Shown piece after piece: positions 1 to 11,211 of a stretch of DNA of 64,000 bases; the stretch's first letter is position 1, and the number at the start of each line of letters is the position of its first letter. The position numbers and the translations under genes are program-made. Under the pieces are notes generated by a model. The model was not told where the DNA came from. It saw nothing but the letters and a program-made list of their open reading frames with translations, and ran no database searches. This DNA is from an uncultured Verrucomicrobiae bacterium (GTDB taxonomy: Bacteria > Verrucomicrobiota > Verrucomicrobiia > Limisphaerales > JAFGQR01), in assembly GCA_963788655.1 (NCBI GenBank), contig CAWBHS010000110.1, forward strand, positions 64,001 to 128,000, in the 5' to 3' direction.

Positions 1-981
1 ATGGTAGCCGACTTCGAGGATGACTTTGCCGTGGGTAACGCACACTTCGGTGATGTGCGGCGCGTAGATGATCAATTCCCCGCCGTCCGCCAGTACGGGT
101 TCGAGTTTGTACATGCACTTGCCGCCGGTCCACAGTTCGTCATACATCGTCGGCGCACAGGACAGGATGGTATGGAACGGCCGGTCTTTATACGTGATGT
201 GCAATTGGCGGGAAAGCTCGCTAGCCGCGTCCCAGGCCGCTTCCGGCGTGCCGGCATACAGGCCCGCCAGTTCGGTGCCTTCGACCACCAGACAGAAACA
301 AAGCTTCGGCATCGAGATCATGGCCCCTGCGCGGTCCACCACTTTGCGAACCGGCGTCCATTTGTTGCCGATGATCATCGGATTGGTCACCACCGCGCCG
401 AGCCAATGGAAGAAGTTCAGAATGCGCGGTCCGGCGACCCCCGGGAACAGGTATTTGTTGCCGCCAGAGAACCCGACCACTTCGTGCGGGAACACCGGTC
501 CGACGATGATGATTTGGTCGTAATCAAACAGCAGCTTGTTGATCTCGACCGGCACGTCCATGGCGAACAAACCGTTGGTCAACTGGCTGATTTCGTCGGC
601 GGGAATGGTGCCGACCTCCCGCAACGCCTCCGGATTGTCCCAATCGTGATTGTGAAACTGGACCTTGGGATATTTCTCGCGGCGCTCCGCCGGACTGAGT
701 TCCAGTCGCTCGCAAATCGCTGCTTCACTCATCGGCTGATGGGTGCCCAGCGCAATCAGCACATCCAACTGGCGGGTCACGGCCCCAATCTGCGCGTGCA
801 ACGTTTTGAACATGGCGCCGATGGGCGCGGTGCGGGTGCCATCAGGCACAATGAGCAAGACGCGCTGTCCGCGGTAGCTTTCCGTCGGGCAGGCGCGCGC
901 GATGACGTCGGTGATTTGTTCCGGCGTGACGCGGCGATTGTCCGGCGCCACGAAGGTCAATGGTTGATGATCAGCGGTCAT
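1..981 (-). CDS. LarA-family (nickel-pincer) hydroxyacid racemase/epimerase, 3' end runs off the window
   Basis: Absent from the ORF track; translated by hand from ATG at 981: MTADHQPLTF...VLLIVPDGTRTAP...IALGTHQPMS...VGPVFPHEVVGFSGGNKYLFPG...NFFHWLG. These match the LarA DxTR, GTH and H-x3-GFSGGxK motifs. Confidence 0.85.
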   Translation of the reverse strand, partial: MTADHQPLTFVAPDNRRVTPEQITDVIARACPTESYRGQRVLLIVPDGTRTAPIGAMFKTLHAQIGAVTRQLDVLIALGTHQPMSEAAICERLELSPAERREKYPKVQFHNHDWDNPEALREVGTIPADEISQLTNGLFAMDVPVEINKLLFDYDQIIIVGPVFPHEVVGFSGGNKYLFPGVAGPRILNFFHWLGAVVTNPMIIGNKWTPVRKVVDRAGAMISMPKLCFCLVVEGTELAGLYAGTPEAAWDAASELSRQLHITYKDRPFHTILSCAPTMYDELWTGGKCMYKLEPVLADGGELIIYAPHITEVCVTHGKVILEVGYH

Positions 982-1013
982 GGAGCGTTACGAATCGGCC
1001 GGCAGTGCGTTCA

Positions 1014-1823
1014 CTAAATTGTCTGCGCCAGAAATCCGCCGTCCACCCGGATGTCGGCGCCAGTCACGAAACTGCTGGCCCGGTCACTGGCGAGGAAAAT
1101 GGCCGCGCCGATCAGTTCGTGCGCTTCGCCGAAACGGTTCATCGGCGTGTGGCCCCAGACCGATTTGGTACGGTCGTTCGGGGAACCGTCTTCGTTGAAC
1201 AGCAGCTTGCGGTTCTGGCCCGCCGGAAAGAAACCGGGCGTGATCGAGTTGACGCGCACGCCTTTGGGCGCCCATTCGCGCGCCAGGAAGCGCGTCAGGC
1301 TTAGCACGGCGGCTTTTGCGGCCGAATACGACACCACCCGCGACAACGGGATATGAGCCGACACGCTGGCAATGTTGATGATGCTGCCTTTGCCGCGCGC
1401 GGCCATGCCGGGACCAAACACCTGGCAGGGCAAATACGCACCACCCAGCAGATTCAGATCAAAGTTCCGATGCCAATTGTCGAGGGGAATGTTTTCGAAG
1501 GGATTGTCGGCGGTGACGGTGGTTTTGGGATCGTTCCCGCCGGCGGCATTCAGCAGAATGGTGGGAGCCCCCAGGGCTTTTTCAATCGCCTGAGCCGCAT
1601 CCTTCATACTGGCCGGTTCCACCGCATTAGCCTGGAACGCCTGGGCAACGCCCTGCGCGTCGCGAATCGCCTTGGCCCGGGCCTCGGCCGCGTCGGCAAC
1701 GAAATCCACCACGGCGACTTTGGCGCCGGCTTCGGCAAAACCGCTGGCAATCGCTCCGCCCAACACGCCGCCGGCACCAATTACGACGGCCACTTCACCC
1801 GCAAGATCAAAAAGGTTTGTCAT
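1014..1823 (-). CDS. SDR oxidoreductase, D-mannonate oxidoreductase (UxuB/YjmF)-like
   Basis: GAGGVLG Rossmann motif, LLNAAGGN, YSAAK catalytic motif and PGFFPAGQNRKLLFNEDGS, typical of mannonate oxidoreductase SDRs. Confidence 0.85.
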   Translation of the reverse strand: MTNLFDLAGEVAVVIGAGGVLGGAIASGFAEAGAKVAVVDFVADAAEARAKAIRDAQGVAQAFQANAVEPASMKDAAQAIEKALGAPTILLNAAGGNDPKTTVTADNPFENIPLDNWHRNFDLNLLGGAYLPCQVFGPGMAARGKGSIINIASVSAHIPLSRVVSYSAAKAAVLSLTRFLAREWAPKGVRVNSITPGFFPAGQNRKLLFNEDGSPNDRTKSVWGHTPMNRFGEAHELIGAAIFLASDRASSFVTGADIRVDGGFLAQTI

Positions 1824-1887
1824 AGATTCATGACACTATGCGACATGCTGGCAGGCGGGTGAAGTGAAAAGTAGCGTGGGCATGCTT

Positions 1888-1996
1888 GCGAAAGCGCCGG
1901 CAAGCCGGGCGCACTCCAAACGCTGGCGCGGCGTTGCGGCTGGCGTTGCCAAACCTCGCGCAGCGTTTGGAGTGCGGGGAGCTTGCTCCCGCTTTC
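1888..1996. repeat. REP-like palindromic doublet, family A (GCACTCCAAACGC / GCGTTTGGAGTGCG)
   Basis: Inverted pair of hairpin units; related copies at 5507-5610 and 10213-10361. Confidence 0.8.
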
Positions 1997-2147
1997 GGTT
2001 CACGCAGGGCACGCAGGAACAATTACAGTGTGCGCCGTCAACTGGCCCGCCGCAGTCGCCGCCAGGCGTAGCGCAGATTTCCAATCGGCAGGGCGTCCGC
2101 AACTCCGGACGCGTCGGGAATTGCCAACATCCAGAGGATTGCACGCC

Positions 2148-2885
2148 CTACTTCGACGGGTGTTTGAAGAACGAAGTCGGCTTGGTTTTGACCGAGGGTC
2201 CCCAGATGCGGATGTTGTCCACCATGCCAGTGTCATCGAATGATCCAAAGCCAATGTAACCGGAGATAAAGTGTTTATCCGTGGCTTCCATAATGGGCGT
2301 GTTCATGTCATCGAAATAGACCTTGATCGCCCCGTCCGCGGTGTTGCGCGTTAACCGGACATGGTGCCAGACATCGTGGCCCCAATCGATGCCCTTGGTC
2401 GTCTTCGTGGCAAACTTGATGCGGTCCGCCGCGTTCACGATGAATACATTGTGCGCGTGCGGATCGGCGGCGGTGGCCATGTGGACATAATAGAAATGCG
2501 CCGGATCCTGGACCTCGAAGAACAGGCACATGTCGCGATGGCCATAATCGCGGCCGGTTTGCTTGAGACTAACGTCCAGCACAAAGTCGCCAAACACCTT
2601 GTCGGCGATCAAGGCGATGTTCACCGGCGAACGGTGCGGCGGTTTGTATTGGCTCTGCTTGGCCAACTCCAGCGCCGCGGTTTTTTCGTCGTGGGCTAAC
2701 TTCCAGGCCGCTGGATCGGTGAAGACGAAATCCTTGAGCGCCGAAGCGCCGTTGAAATCCTGCTGGTAAAGCAGTTGATAATTGTCCGGTACACCGGCGG
2801 GTTTGTCGGCGGCGTGTGCGTTGGTGTTGGCGACCGTCAAGCAGCCGACCGCTGTGAGCACAGAGAGATAAATTGAGATCTTCAT
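2148..2885 (-). CDS. Secreted protein, DUF1080/3-keto-disaccharide hydrolase-like jelly-roll
   Basis: Signal peptide ending AHA; WHHVRL...IKVYFDD...GYIGFGSFDD...DNIRIW pattern. Confidence 0.6.
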   Translation of the reverse strand: MKISIYLSVLTAVGCLTVANTNAHAADKPAGVPDNYQLLYQQDFNGASALKDFVFTDPAAWKLAHDEKTAALELAKQSQYKPPHRSPVNIALIADKVFGDFVLDVSLKQTGRDYGHRDMCLFFEVQDPAHFYYVHMATAADPHAHNVFIVNAADRIKFATKTTKGIDWGHDVWHHVRLTRNTADGAIKVYFDDMNTPIMEATDKHFISGYIGFGSFDDTGMVDNIRIWGPSVKTKPTSFFKHPSK

Positions 2886-3001
2886 TTCAGGGGATTCGAT
2901 GGTTTCAAGTTTGGTTCAGCCGGAGGTGATTCAAACGATGCCTTGTTGATTGTCATGCGAACGATGGTGTGTTCCGGATGACCTCGCAACATGCCTTTCG
3001 C

Positions 3002-3982
3002 TTACTGCCCCGCCCATTGCTGGTAATGCTCGGCGACTTTGGCTTCCTGCTCGTTTCCTTCGTGCAGGTAGAATCGGTATTTGAAAGTCGCGCTCTGGCC
3101 GGCTGGAATCTTGAAGTCGCCCGTGCCGCTGGGCTTGCCTTCAAAGTAGTGAACGCCAAATGGATTGGCGGCGAACAGTCCATAATCGCGCACGTGCCAC
3201 CACGTGGGATGCCGGGGGTTTTGCGGATGATCGAAGATCGCGATGCCGACCGTCTTGCCGTTGACCGGCCCGTAATAATCACACCAGGCCGCCCGTTTGC
3301 CCCAGGTTTTATTGTCGCGCACGCCGGTGCTTTGGACGATGTGGCCCTGGCCGGGCTTTTTGTCGATCCCCAGCAGACGCATGCTCGACGCCACGCGCAT
3401 CGCCATCGAGCCTTCCTTGGTGTCGCCCAGTACCAGGTCCTTGTCGCCGGCGTGGTAGGTGATCTCGAAGTCGAATAGCCGCTCGTTGGCGGGACGCGCA
3501 TACACGCGGAAGGTGCGTTCATCAGTGCAAACCACCGTGCCGTCCGGCGCAACCCATTTGTTGGCGGACCGGATCACTCCCGATTCCTTGCCGGATTTGA
3601 TTTCGAGGAATTTGTCATGAAAGATTTTCCCGGCTTTGGCGCTTTCGGACCAGAAATCGACGCCGTTGACTTCGCCGTGCGAATACCACAGGGAACGATG
3701 GTGCGGATGATCGTGGGCCTCACCTTTCGAGTCCTTGTCCATCGGATAATTGCGCGTCATCGGCAGCTCGTCCGGCCCGATGACCGGATAGAAATAAACG
3801 TGGGGCGCGCCGGTGAAATGGTATTCGGTAAACAGGTCGCCATTGATTTCCACCCGCAATTTACCCGGTTGCTCGGTGATGGTGACGCCGTCAGCCGCAC
3901 GCGCCGTGCTGGAAAAGCCCAACGTCAGTCCTGCCAGCAACGCCAGGCTTGCCGGCCCAAAGAAGAAATAGTTTCGGGACAT
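3002..3982 (-). CDS. Secreted PmoA-like/DUF6807 family protein (not a methane monooxygenase)
   Basis: Signal peptide; DHPHHRSLWYSHGEVNGVDFW, GDTKEG and WHVRDYGLFAANPFG motifs. Confidence 0.75.
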   Translation of the reverse strand: MSRNYFFFGPASLALLAGLTLGFSSTARAADGVTITEQPGKLRVEINGDLFTEYHFTGAPHVYFYPVIGPDELPMTRNYPMDKDSKGEAHDHPHHRSLWYSHGEVNGVDFWSESAKAGKIFHDKFLEIKSGKESGVIRSANKWVAPDGTVVCTDERTFRVYARPANERLFDFEITYHAGDKDLVLGDTKEGSMAMRVASSMRLLGIDKKPGQGHIVQSTGVRDNKTWGKRAAWCDYYGPVNGKTVGIAIFDHPQNPRHPTWWHVRDYGLFAANPFGVHYFEGKPSGTGDFKIPAGQSATFKYRFYLHEGNEQEAKVAEHYQQWAGQ

Positions 3983-4078
3983 AACTTAGAGCCTAAGACG
4001 CGCCCCCGCCCGGTCAAATTCAAAATTCGAGCCGGAGCGCGGATGCCTTCATCCGCGTGTTCTTAGCCGTGACTATTC

Positions 4079-4212
4079 AGTAGGACAGGCGTCCCGCCTG
4101 TCCCGAACGAGTGCAAACCACCAACTTGTATCATGGCGCCGCGAGTCTTTCTATGTCACCAAACGGTGAGGATGCCTTGGACTATTCGAGACAGGCGAGA
4201 CGCCTGTCCTAC
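4079..4212. repeat. GTAG-type REP doublet (GTAGGACAGGCGTCCCGCCTGTC ... GACAGGCGAGACGCCTGTCCTAC)
   Basis: GTAG tetranucleotide followed by a GC palindrome, present as an inverted pair. Confidence 0.8.
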
Positions 4213-4345
4213 CACGCCGAACTGCCTCATCGCAGCACCAGCCACTGAATTGATACGGCTTAGCCGATTGATCGTGCGCATGAAGGCCTCCGTGCTCCGC
4301 AGCGATGGCGAGTGCCGCTTGCTGCGCCGATACCAAAGCGCCCTC

Positions 4346-5447
4346 CTACCGTCGCCAATTCTCCACCTGGAGGGTGAAGTTGACCGGGAACTCCAGTTGC
4401 CCGTTCCAGATCGATTTGAAGGTCGGGTCGTAATCGGCGCCTTCCGGCCAGGCGCGCAGAATCCAGGTTCCCGAATAATCGCCCGACTGGGTGAGCGGGA
4501 TGTCTTGAAATGCTTCGATAAAGTTGCCGTGAGTGCCCGCCAACATCCGCTGGGCTTCCGATGGCCGCTGTTTGGGGATGAACTCCTCCCCCGCGGCGTT
4601 ACGAAACACTCGCTGAAACGCGACATTGGCAGGCAGGTTGGTGTAGGCGATGCACAAGGAGCCCGAACAGCGAAAGTCGTTGGAGCCGATCCGATAGGTG
4701 CAGGTAGCGGGTACGCTGGGTCGCTGGGTGAAGGCGGCTTTCATGGCTTGGTCCAGTTGGGGATTGGATTGCAGGGCGATTTGTTCTGCTTGGTCCGCCT
4801 CGACGATCAGCACTTCAATTGGCACGTCGAAGCTGCAGCGGTACAGTGGAGGATCGCCAGGGTAGGTACTTACTGGTTGTTACCAACCGCGGCAGAATGT
4901 TCCAGGGAAAAGGGCGTCTGGAGTTCCACGACCAGTATTTGCTGGTGATTCGCTCCGGAAATAACGAATAGGAATAACTCGAGATAATCTGGCATTTGCC
5001 GGGCTTCTTCGATGGCATTGAGAACAACTCCGGAGCAGCATTCAGAGAGTTGAACCCGGCGCCGGACATGCCGCCCAGATTGTCTCCGTCGGCGGCCTGC
5101 TTGTGAGTTTTTTTCTTGATCCGCGCATGCGCGAAGCTAACGGGGTATGGGAGTTTCAACTCCACGACCGGACTTTGACCCGCAGGGTAAGCTGCCCGTT
5201 TCACCACCTGAGGCCGGGCCAAGGCCGCCAGAATCCTGCCGCCCAATTCCGGTGACACCCGTTGTTCGTCCAGCAGGCGCACAAGTTCCTTGGCCTGGGC
5301 CTCGGACGGGGAGCTTTCAAACTGCGCCAGTTGGTTGGCGTAATGATGTTCCTGCCAGATAGGAAGCACCCACCACAAGAAGCCGACGCCCAAGAACAAC
5401 ACTCCGCCCGTGACCAAGGTAATTCGTATAATGCTTCGCAATCTCAT
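4346..5447 (-). CDS. Hypothetical membrane-anchored protein, probably one gene split by a frameshift near 4830-4870
   Basis: ORF 4815-5492 (N-terminal TM helix from ATG 5447) overlaps ORF 4346-4825 in tandem; no family recognised. Confidence 0.5.
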
Positions 5448-5506
5448 GGCTTGTCTCGCGGGCAGACTGCGATAAAACCTTATCCCTGGCAAGTCGCACT
5501 TTGGTC

Positions 5507-5610
5507 AAAAGCGGGAGCAAGCTCCACGCACTCCAAACGCTTCGCGAGGTTCGCTGCCCTTTCAAGGTCGCGCCCGCGTTTGGAGTGCGCCCGGCTTGGT
5601 GGCCCTTTCG
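5507..5610. repeat. REP-like palindromic doublet, family A
   Basis: AAAGCGGGAGCAAGCTCCACGCACTCCAAACGC...GCGTTTGGAGTGCGCCCGGCTTG; same family as 1888-1996. Confidence 0.8.
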
Positions 5611-6083
5611 AATCGGCACGGAGTTCAAAACGCGCAGGACGCCGCCAGTAAGGCAATCCCCTTCCCTGCCCGCCGCGAGCAACCCGCGTTCTCCCGACCC
5701 GGCGGGACTCGGACCGAGCCCTGCCAGCATAAGCTCACGACGTGGCCGCAAGTTGAACCATCTGACTTTGACCGCACAGCTTAAACGCTCACCGCAAGTT
5801 CCCGCTTGATTGTCCGGGGACGGTGTTTCAGGTTGGGAGGCAGGCCGGACGCCAACGCATTGGTTTTGACTGGTTCGCGTTCTGATCTCTGCACGTTGGA
5901 ACCTCCTCAAGTAGGCTCCAACACGATTGAAGGACAATTGATGCGCAATTTCGAATTTCTGACCGTCGTCAGCCCCCTGGCCGTTTGGGTCGTGGCGCTG
6001 GCTGACCGGGCTTGCTTTGAAAAACAATCCCCTTCCTGGCCATCTGAAAGCGCGGGGCAGTCTTATGAGTCCACGCGAACGCT

Positions 6084-7086
6084 GTGAAGAAAATCCTTCT
6101 TAGTTTTATCATAGTCGGAGCCGTGGCGGCGGGCCTCATTTTCGCCTACCGGGAAATGAGCCAGGAACGGGAAAGCGAAGCTGAGAGCGAAGCGCCGGTC
6201 AGCGCGCCTTCTCGCGTCAAGCGCACTGCGGAGGGCCAGGTGATCATCACCCTCGAGGCGCCAACGCAAAAGCTCATCCAGTTGCAGGTCGCGCCGGCGG
6301 TCGCTACCACGCTGCCCCGGGAAGTCCGCGGTTACGGTCAAGTGCTGGACCCCGCGCCTATGGCCAGCCGGCTGGTGGACATTGCCTCGGCCCGCGCCGC
6401 GTTGGAAACTTCGACCAAGGAACTGAAACGGTTGGAGACGTTGACGCAGCAGCAGAACGCTTCCGTACGCGCCTTGGAAACCGCCGAAGCTTCCGTCAAG
6501 CGGGACCAACTTGCCCTCGAAGCCGGCCAGTTACTACTCGTCGCTGCGTGGGGCAAGGCCGTGGCCGACCAATCCGACCTAACGGAACTTGTCAAATCGC
6601 TGGCCACCCACGAGGCGGCTCTGGTCCGACTTAACGTGCCGGCGGGAACGCTGGTGGACGCCACGCCCAAGGGCGGTCGGGTGACGATGGCGAACGACAC
6701 CAATTCTCTTTTCGGCCCGATACCTTGGGCCGTCCGCCACTATCGATTTGGCCGCACAAGGCCAGGGCTTCCTGTTGCTCGTGACCAACGCCCCGGCCGG
6801 ACTTGCCCCGGGCTTGGCGGTGTTCGGTTTTCTGGAATTTCCCGGCAAACCATTGTCGGGCGTTACCGTGCCGGAGTCCGCGGTGGTTCGCTCGGCCAAC
6901 CAGGCGTTTGTGTATGTGCAGGCCGATGACACGACGTTCGCCCGGCGCGAGATCAATCTGGTGCATCCGGTGACGGGAGGATGGTTCGTGACTTCCGGGT
7001 TAAACCCCGGTGACAAACTGGTGGTGCAAGGGGCGCAGACGTTGTTGTCCGAGGAAATGAAGTCGCAAATTCACCTGGTGGACTGA
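6084..7086 (+). CDS. RND efflux periplasmic adaptor (MFP), frameshift near 6715-6750
   Basis: N-terminal TM helix, coiled-coil hairpin, C-terminal VPESAVV...GLNPGDKLVVQGAQTLLSEE; directly upstream of the RND permease. Confidence 0.85.
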
Positions 7087-7091
7087 TCGTC

Positions 7092-10000
7092 GTGCTCAAT
7101 CGCATCGTCCATTTCTCGCTGCGCTTCCGAGCCGTCATCATCGCCTTGGCTTGTGTGCTCCTCGGCTATGGGATTTTCGTGACCACCCGCGTGCGGCTCG
7201 ATGTGTTCCCGGAGTTCGCCCCGCCGCTGGTCGTGGTGCAGACGGAAGCGCCGGGCTTGTCGTCCGAAGCAGTTGAACAACTGGTGACGCGCCCAATTGA
7301 AACCACCCTCAATGGCGCGCCCGAGCTCGAATCGATCCGGTCGCAGAGCATTCAGGGCCTGTCGATTATCACGCTGATTTTCAAAGATGGTGCCGACATC
7401 TTTCGCGTGCGCCAAATGGTCGGCGAGCGGCTTACCGAAGTATCCGGCGACCTGCCCCAAGGCGTGGGCGCGCCCAAGATGGGACCGCTCACTTCGTCCA
7501 CCAGTCTGACGCTCGTGTTGGGATTGACCTCGACCAACCGCACGCCGATGGAATTGCGGACGTTTGCGGATTGGACATTGCGTCCCCGGCTGCTCAGCGT
7601 GCCGGGCGTCGCCAAGGTGGACATCTTCGGCGGCGACATCCGGCAACTCCAGATCCAGGTCAAACCCGAACGGCTCATTGCGTATGGCCTTGCCCTCGAC
7701 GAGGTGTTGGTGGCCGCCCGCAAGGCCACTGCCATTCGCGGCGCCGGGTTTGTGGAGAATGCCAATCAGCGGATCATCATTCACACCGAAGGCCAGGCCC
7801 TGACTCCGGCGCAACTGGGTGAAGTGGTGCTGGTCCCGCGTGCAGGGTTGAGCGTCCGGCTCCGCGACGTGGCGGACGTGGTGCCGGGCCCGGAGCCGAA
7901 ATTTGGCGACGCCCAAATCAATGGCACCCAGGGTGTGGTCTTTCTGATTTACGCCCAGTATCAGGCCAACACGCTGGAGGTGACCCATGCCTTGGATGCC
8001 GCGCTGGCCGACATGGCGCCGGTGTTTGCCGCGGAACAAATTCATACCGATCCGACTTTGTTCCGGCCGGCCACGTTCATTGAGACGTCACTTCACAACG
8101 TGAACAAATCGCTGCTGATCGGCGGGGGGCTGGTGGCCATCGTGTTGTTGCTCTTCCTGCTGGACCTGCGGATCGCTTTCATCTCCTTTGTGTCGATTCC
8201 GCTGTCGCTGCTGGCGGCGGTTATCGTGCTCGATTGGGCGGGTATTTCCATCAACACCATCACCCTGGGTGGCTTCGCGATCGCGATTGGCGTGGTGGTG
8301 GATGATGCCATCATCGACGTGGAAAACATCCTGCGCCGGTTGCGGGAGAATTCGACGAGAGCGCAGCCGCGTTCGCTGTTTGCGGTGGTGCTCGACGCCT
8401 CGCTCGAAGTGCGGAGCGCGGTGGTGTATGCCACGTTCATTGTGGCGCTGGTATTTGTGCCGGTGCTGACGATGAGCGGCGTGCAAGGGCGATTGTTTGC
8501 GCCGTTGGGCGTCTCCTTCATCCTGGCCACGTTCGCGTCGCTGCTGGTGGCGCTGACGCTCACGCCGGCGCTGAGTTACCTGCTGCTGTCAAAGATGCGT
8601 CCGCACGAGGAACCGCGGCACGTGCGCTGGCTCAAGGAACGGCACCGGCAATGGCTCGAGTCCGTGGGCCGCCATCCGCGCATGGTGCATCGGCGTTGGT
8701 GCTGGTGGTGTGCCTGGCTTCGGCGGCGACGCTGCGTTACTTCGGCGGCGAGTTTTTGCCCGAGTTTCGCGAAGGCCATTACGTGTTGCACATGGCGGCG
8801 GTGCCCGGAACGTCCCTGGCAGAATCCATCCGGCTGGGCAAGTTGGTGTCGAGAGAACTGTTGAAGAATCCGCACATCCGTTCGGTGTCCCAGGAAGCCG
8901 GGCGCGCCGAAAACGGCGAAGATCCGTGGGGCCCGCACTACAGCGAATTGCACGTCGATTTGAATCGGCTTGCGGGCGAGGAAGAGGAGGCGGTCACCGG
9001 TGAGATTCGCGAGACCCTGGTTAAGTTTCCCGGGCTGTCGTTCAAGGTCATGCCGTTCCTGGTCGAGCGCATGGAGGAAACCATCTCCGGCACCACGGCG
9101 GAGTTTGTCGTCAATTTGTTCGGTGAAAATCTCGACACTTTGGACCGCAAGGCCGAGGAAGTCCGGCAAGTCCTGGCCCGCGTGCGGGGCGCGGTGGACG
9201 TGACGCTCGAGGCCCAACCCGGCTTGCCGGAAATGGCGGTGCGCCTGCGGCCGGAACGGTTGTTGCAATACGGATTCCAGCCGGTGGACGTGCTGGACGC
9301 GATCCAGACGGCCTACCAGGGCACCATCGTGTCGCAAATCTACGAGGGTAATCGCGTCTTCGAGGTGGCGGTCATCCTGAACGAAGCCGCGCGCCGGGCA
9401 CCGGAGTCCATCGGTTCGCTCGAACTGCGCAACGCGCAGGGAACCCGGGTGCCGATGCGGCAGTTGGCGGACATTCAGCCGACCGGCGGACGGTACGTGG
9501 TGCTGCACGATGACGCGCAACGGCGCCAACAAGTCACCTGCAACGTCCAGGGACGCGACGTGGCTTCGTTTGCGGCCCAGGCCAAAAAACAGGTGCGGTC
9601 GAAAGTGTCGTTGCCGCCCGGAATGTTTGCCGTGTACACCGGCGCGGCGGAAGCGCAGGCCCGCACGCAGCGTGAGTTGCTGGTGCATTCGCTGTTGGCG
9701 GGCGCGGGAATTTGCTCTGCTGCTGGCCATTGTGTTCCGCAGCGGACGGAGCCTGCTGTTGGTGCTGGTCAACCTACCGTTTGCCCTCGTCGGCGGCGTG
9801 TTGGCGGTGTTTGCGACCGGCGGCTTGCTGAGCATCGGTTCGTTGGTCGGATTTGTGACGCTGTTCGGCATCACCACCCGCAACTCGATTCTGATGATTT
9901 CCCACTTCGAACACCTGGTCCACGAAGAAGGCTTCGCCTGGGGATTGGATACCGCGATTCGGGGCGCATCGGAACGGTTGCTCCCGATCTTGATGACCGC

Positions 10001-10202
10001 GCTGGTCACGGCGCTGGGCCTGTTACCGCTGGCCATTGGCACCGGCGAAGCCGGCCGCGAAATCGAAGGCCCGATGGCGATTGTGATTCTCGGCGGCTTG
10101 GTGACTTCCACCGTGCTGAACTTGCTGGTGCTGCCCACGCTGGCGTTGCGATACGGACGGTTTGCCAAAGAACAACAAGAGGAAATGGCGCCGGCGAAGT
10201 GA
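7092..10202 (+). CDS. CusA/CzcA-family heavy-metal RND permease, frameshifts near 8690 and 9715
   Basis: DVFPEFAPP...VQTEAPG, AIGVVVDDAIIDVENI and ERLLPILMTAL...GLLPLA motifs across ORFs 7092-8864, 8651- and 9510-10202. Confidence 0.9.
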
Positions 10203-10212
10203 GCGCGAGACG

Positions 10213-10361
10213 TCGCGCCAGCGTTTGGACTGCGTCCGGCTTGCCGGCGCTTTCGCGTGGAACGGCGGAAACGAATTCTGACGCCGGTTGGTTTCTATTG
10301 GCAGAACCTCCATCGAACGAAAGCGGGAGCAAGCTCCGCGCACTCCAAGCGCTGGCGCGAC
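10213..10361. repeat. REP-like palindromic doublet, family A
   Basis: GCGTTTGGACTGCGTCCGGCTTGCCGGCGCTTT ... AAAGCGGGAGCAAGCTCCGCGCACTCCAAGCGC just after the RND stop codon. Confidence 0.8.
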
Positions 10362-10550
10362 TCTCAAGCGGCCAATGAAACGCCGATCATGCCAACCCTA
10401 CGCGAGCATCTTGCCTGCTTCGAGCTTCCCACGGCCGTCCAATTCTGCGCGGAATACTCAGTGCCAACGAAGCGGCTTGGGCCATTCGGAACAGCCGGGA
10501 CGGCTGTCCTACGGGAGCGAATCACGTCGTTGGGGGGAAGATCCCATCGC

Positions 10551-11200
10551 ACCCGCCGTTCCCGTTCGTTTCTGCCGGCGGGACGCCCGCAGCACGTTGT
10601 CAGCGTGCTGTCGGCATCTTGCCGGCAGACCGGATACAAAAATGCGCTCCGAATCGAACCGGACCTTCGGACCCAGCGTTCCCGTTCGTCTCTGCCGGCG
10701 GGACGCCAGCAGCACGTTGCCAGCGTGCTGTCGGCATCTTGCCGGCAGGCCGGATACAAAGATGCGCTCCGAATTGAACCGGACCTTCGGACCCGCCGTT
10801 CACGTTTGCTTCTGCCGGCGGGACGCCCGCAGCACGTTGCCAGCGTGCTGTCGGCATCTTGCCGACAGGCCGGATACAAGAATGCGCTTCGAATTGAACC
10901 GGACCTTCGGACCCACCGTTCCCGTTCGATTCTGCCGGCGGGACGCCAGCAGCACGTTGCCAGCGTGCTGTCGGCATCTTGCCGGCAGGCCGGATACAAG
11001 AATGCGCTCCGAATTGAACCGGACCTTCGGACCCGCCGTTCACATTCGTTTCTACCGGCGGGACGCCGACAGCACGTTGCCAGCGTGCTGCCGGCATCTT
11101 GCCGGCAGGCCGGATACAAAGATGCGCTCCGAATCGAACCGGAACTTCGGACCCGCCGTTCCCGTTCGTTTCTGCCGGCGGGACGCCCGCAGCACGTTGC
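10551..11200. repeat. Tandem array of a 120-bp unit (about 5.4 copies), each with an inverted REP-like pair (BIME-like)
   Basis: Exact 120-nt period with few substitutions; each unit has CTGCCGGCGGGACGCCnGCAGCACG / CGTGCTGTCGGCATCTTGCCGGCAG plus a constant linker. Confidence 0.95.
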
Positions 11201-11211
11201 GCTACAAACGG

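Noticed and set aside
1..1017. 338-aa plus-strand ORF
   Set aside because: Antisense shadow of the LarA-family gene on the minus strand.
3002..3982. Methane monooxygenase, suggested by the 'PmoA' family name
   Set aside because: Soluble secreted protein with no pmoCAB context; the family label is misleading.
5620..6080. Small ORFs upstream of the RND adaptor; missing outer-membrane factor
   Set aside because: No recognisable motifs; TolC-type partners are often encoded elsewhere.
10551..11200. Possible CRISPR array
   Set aside because: The inter-palindrome segments are near-identical rather than unique spacers, the period is 120 bp, and there are no cas genes.
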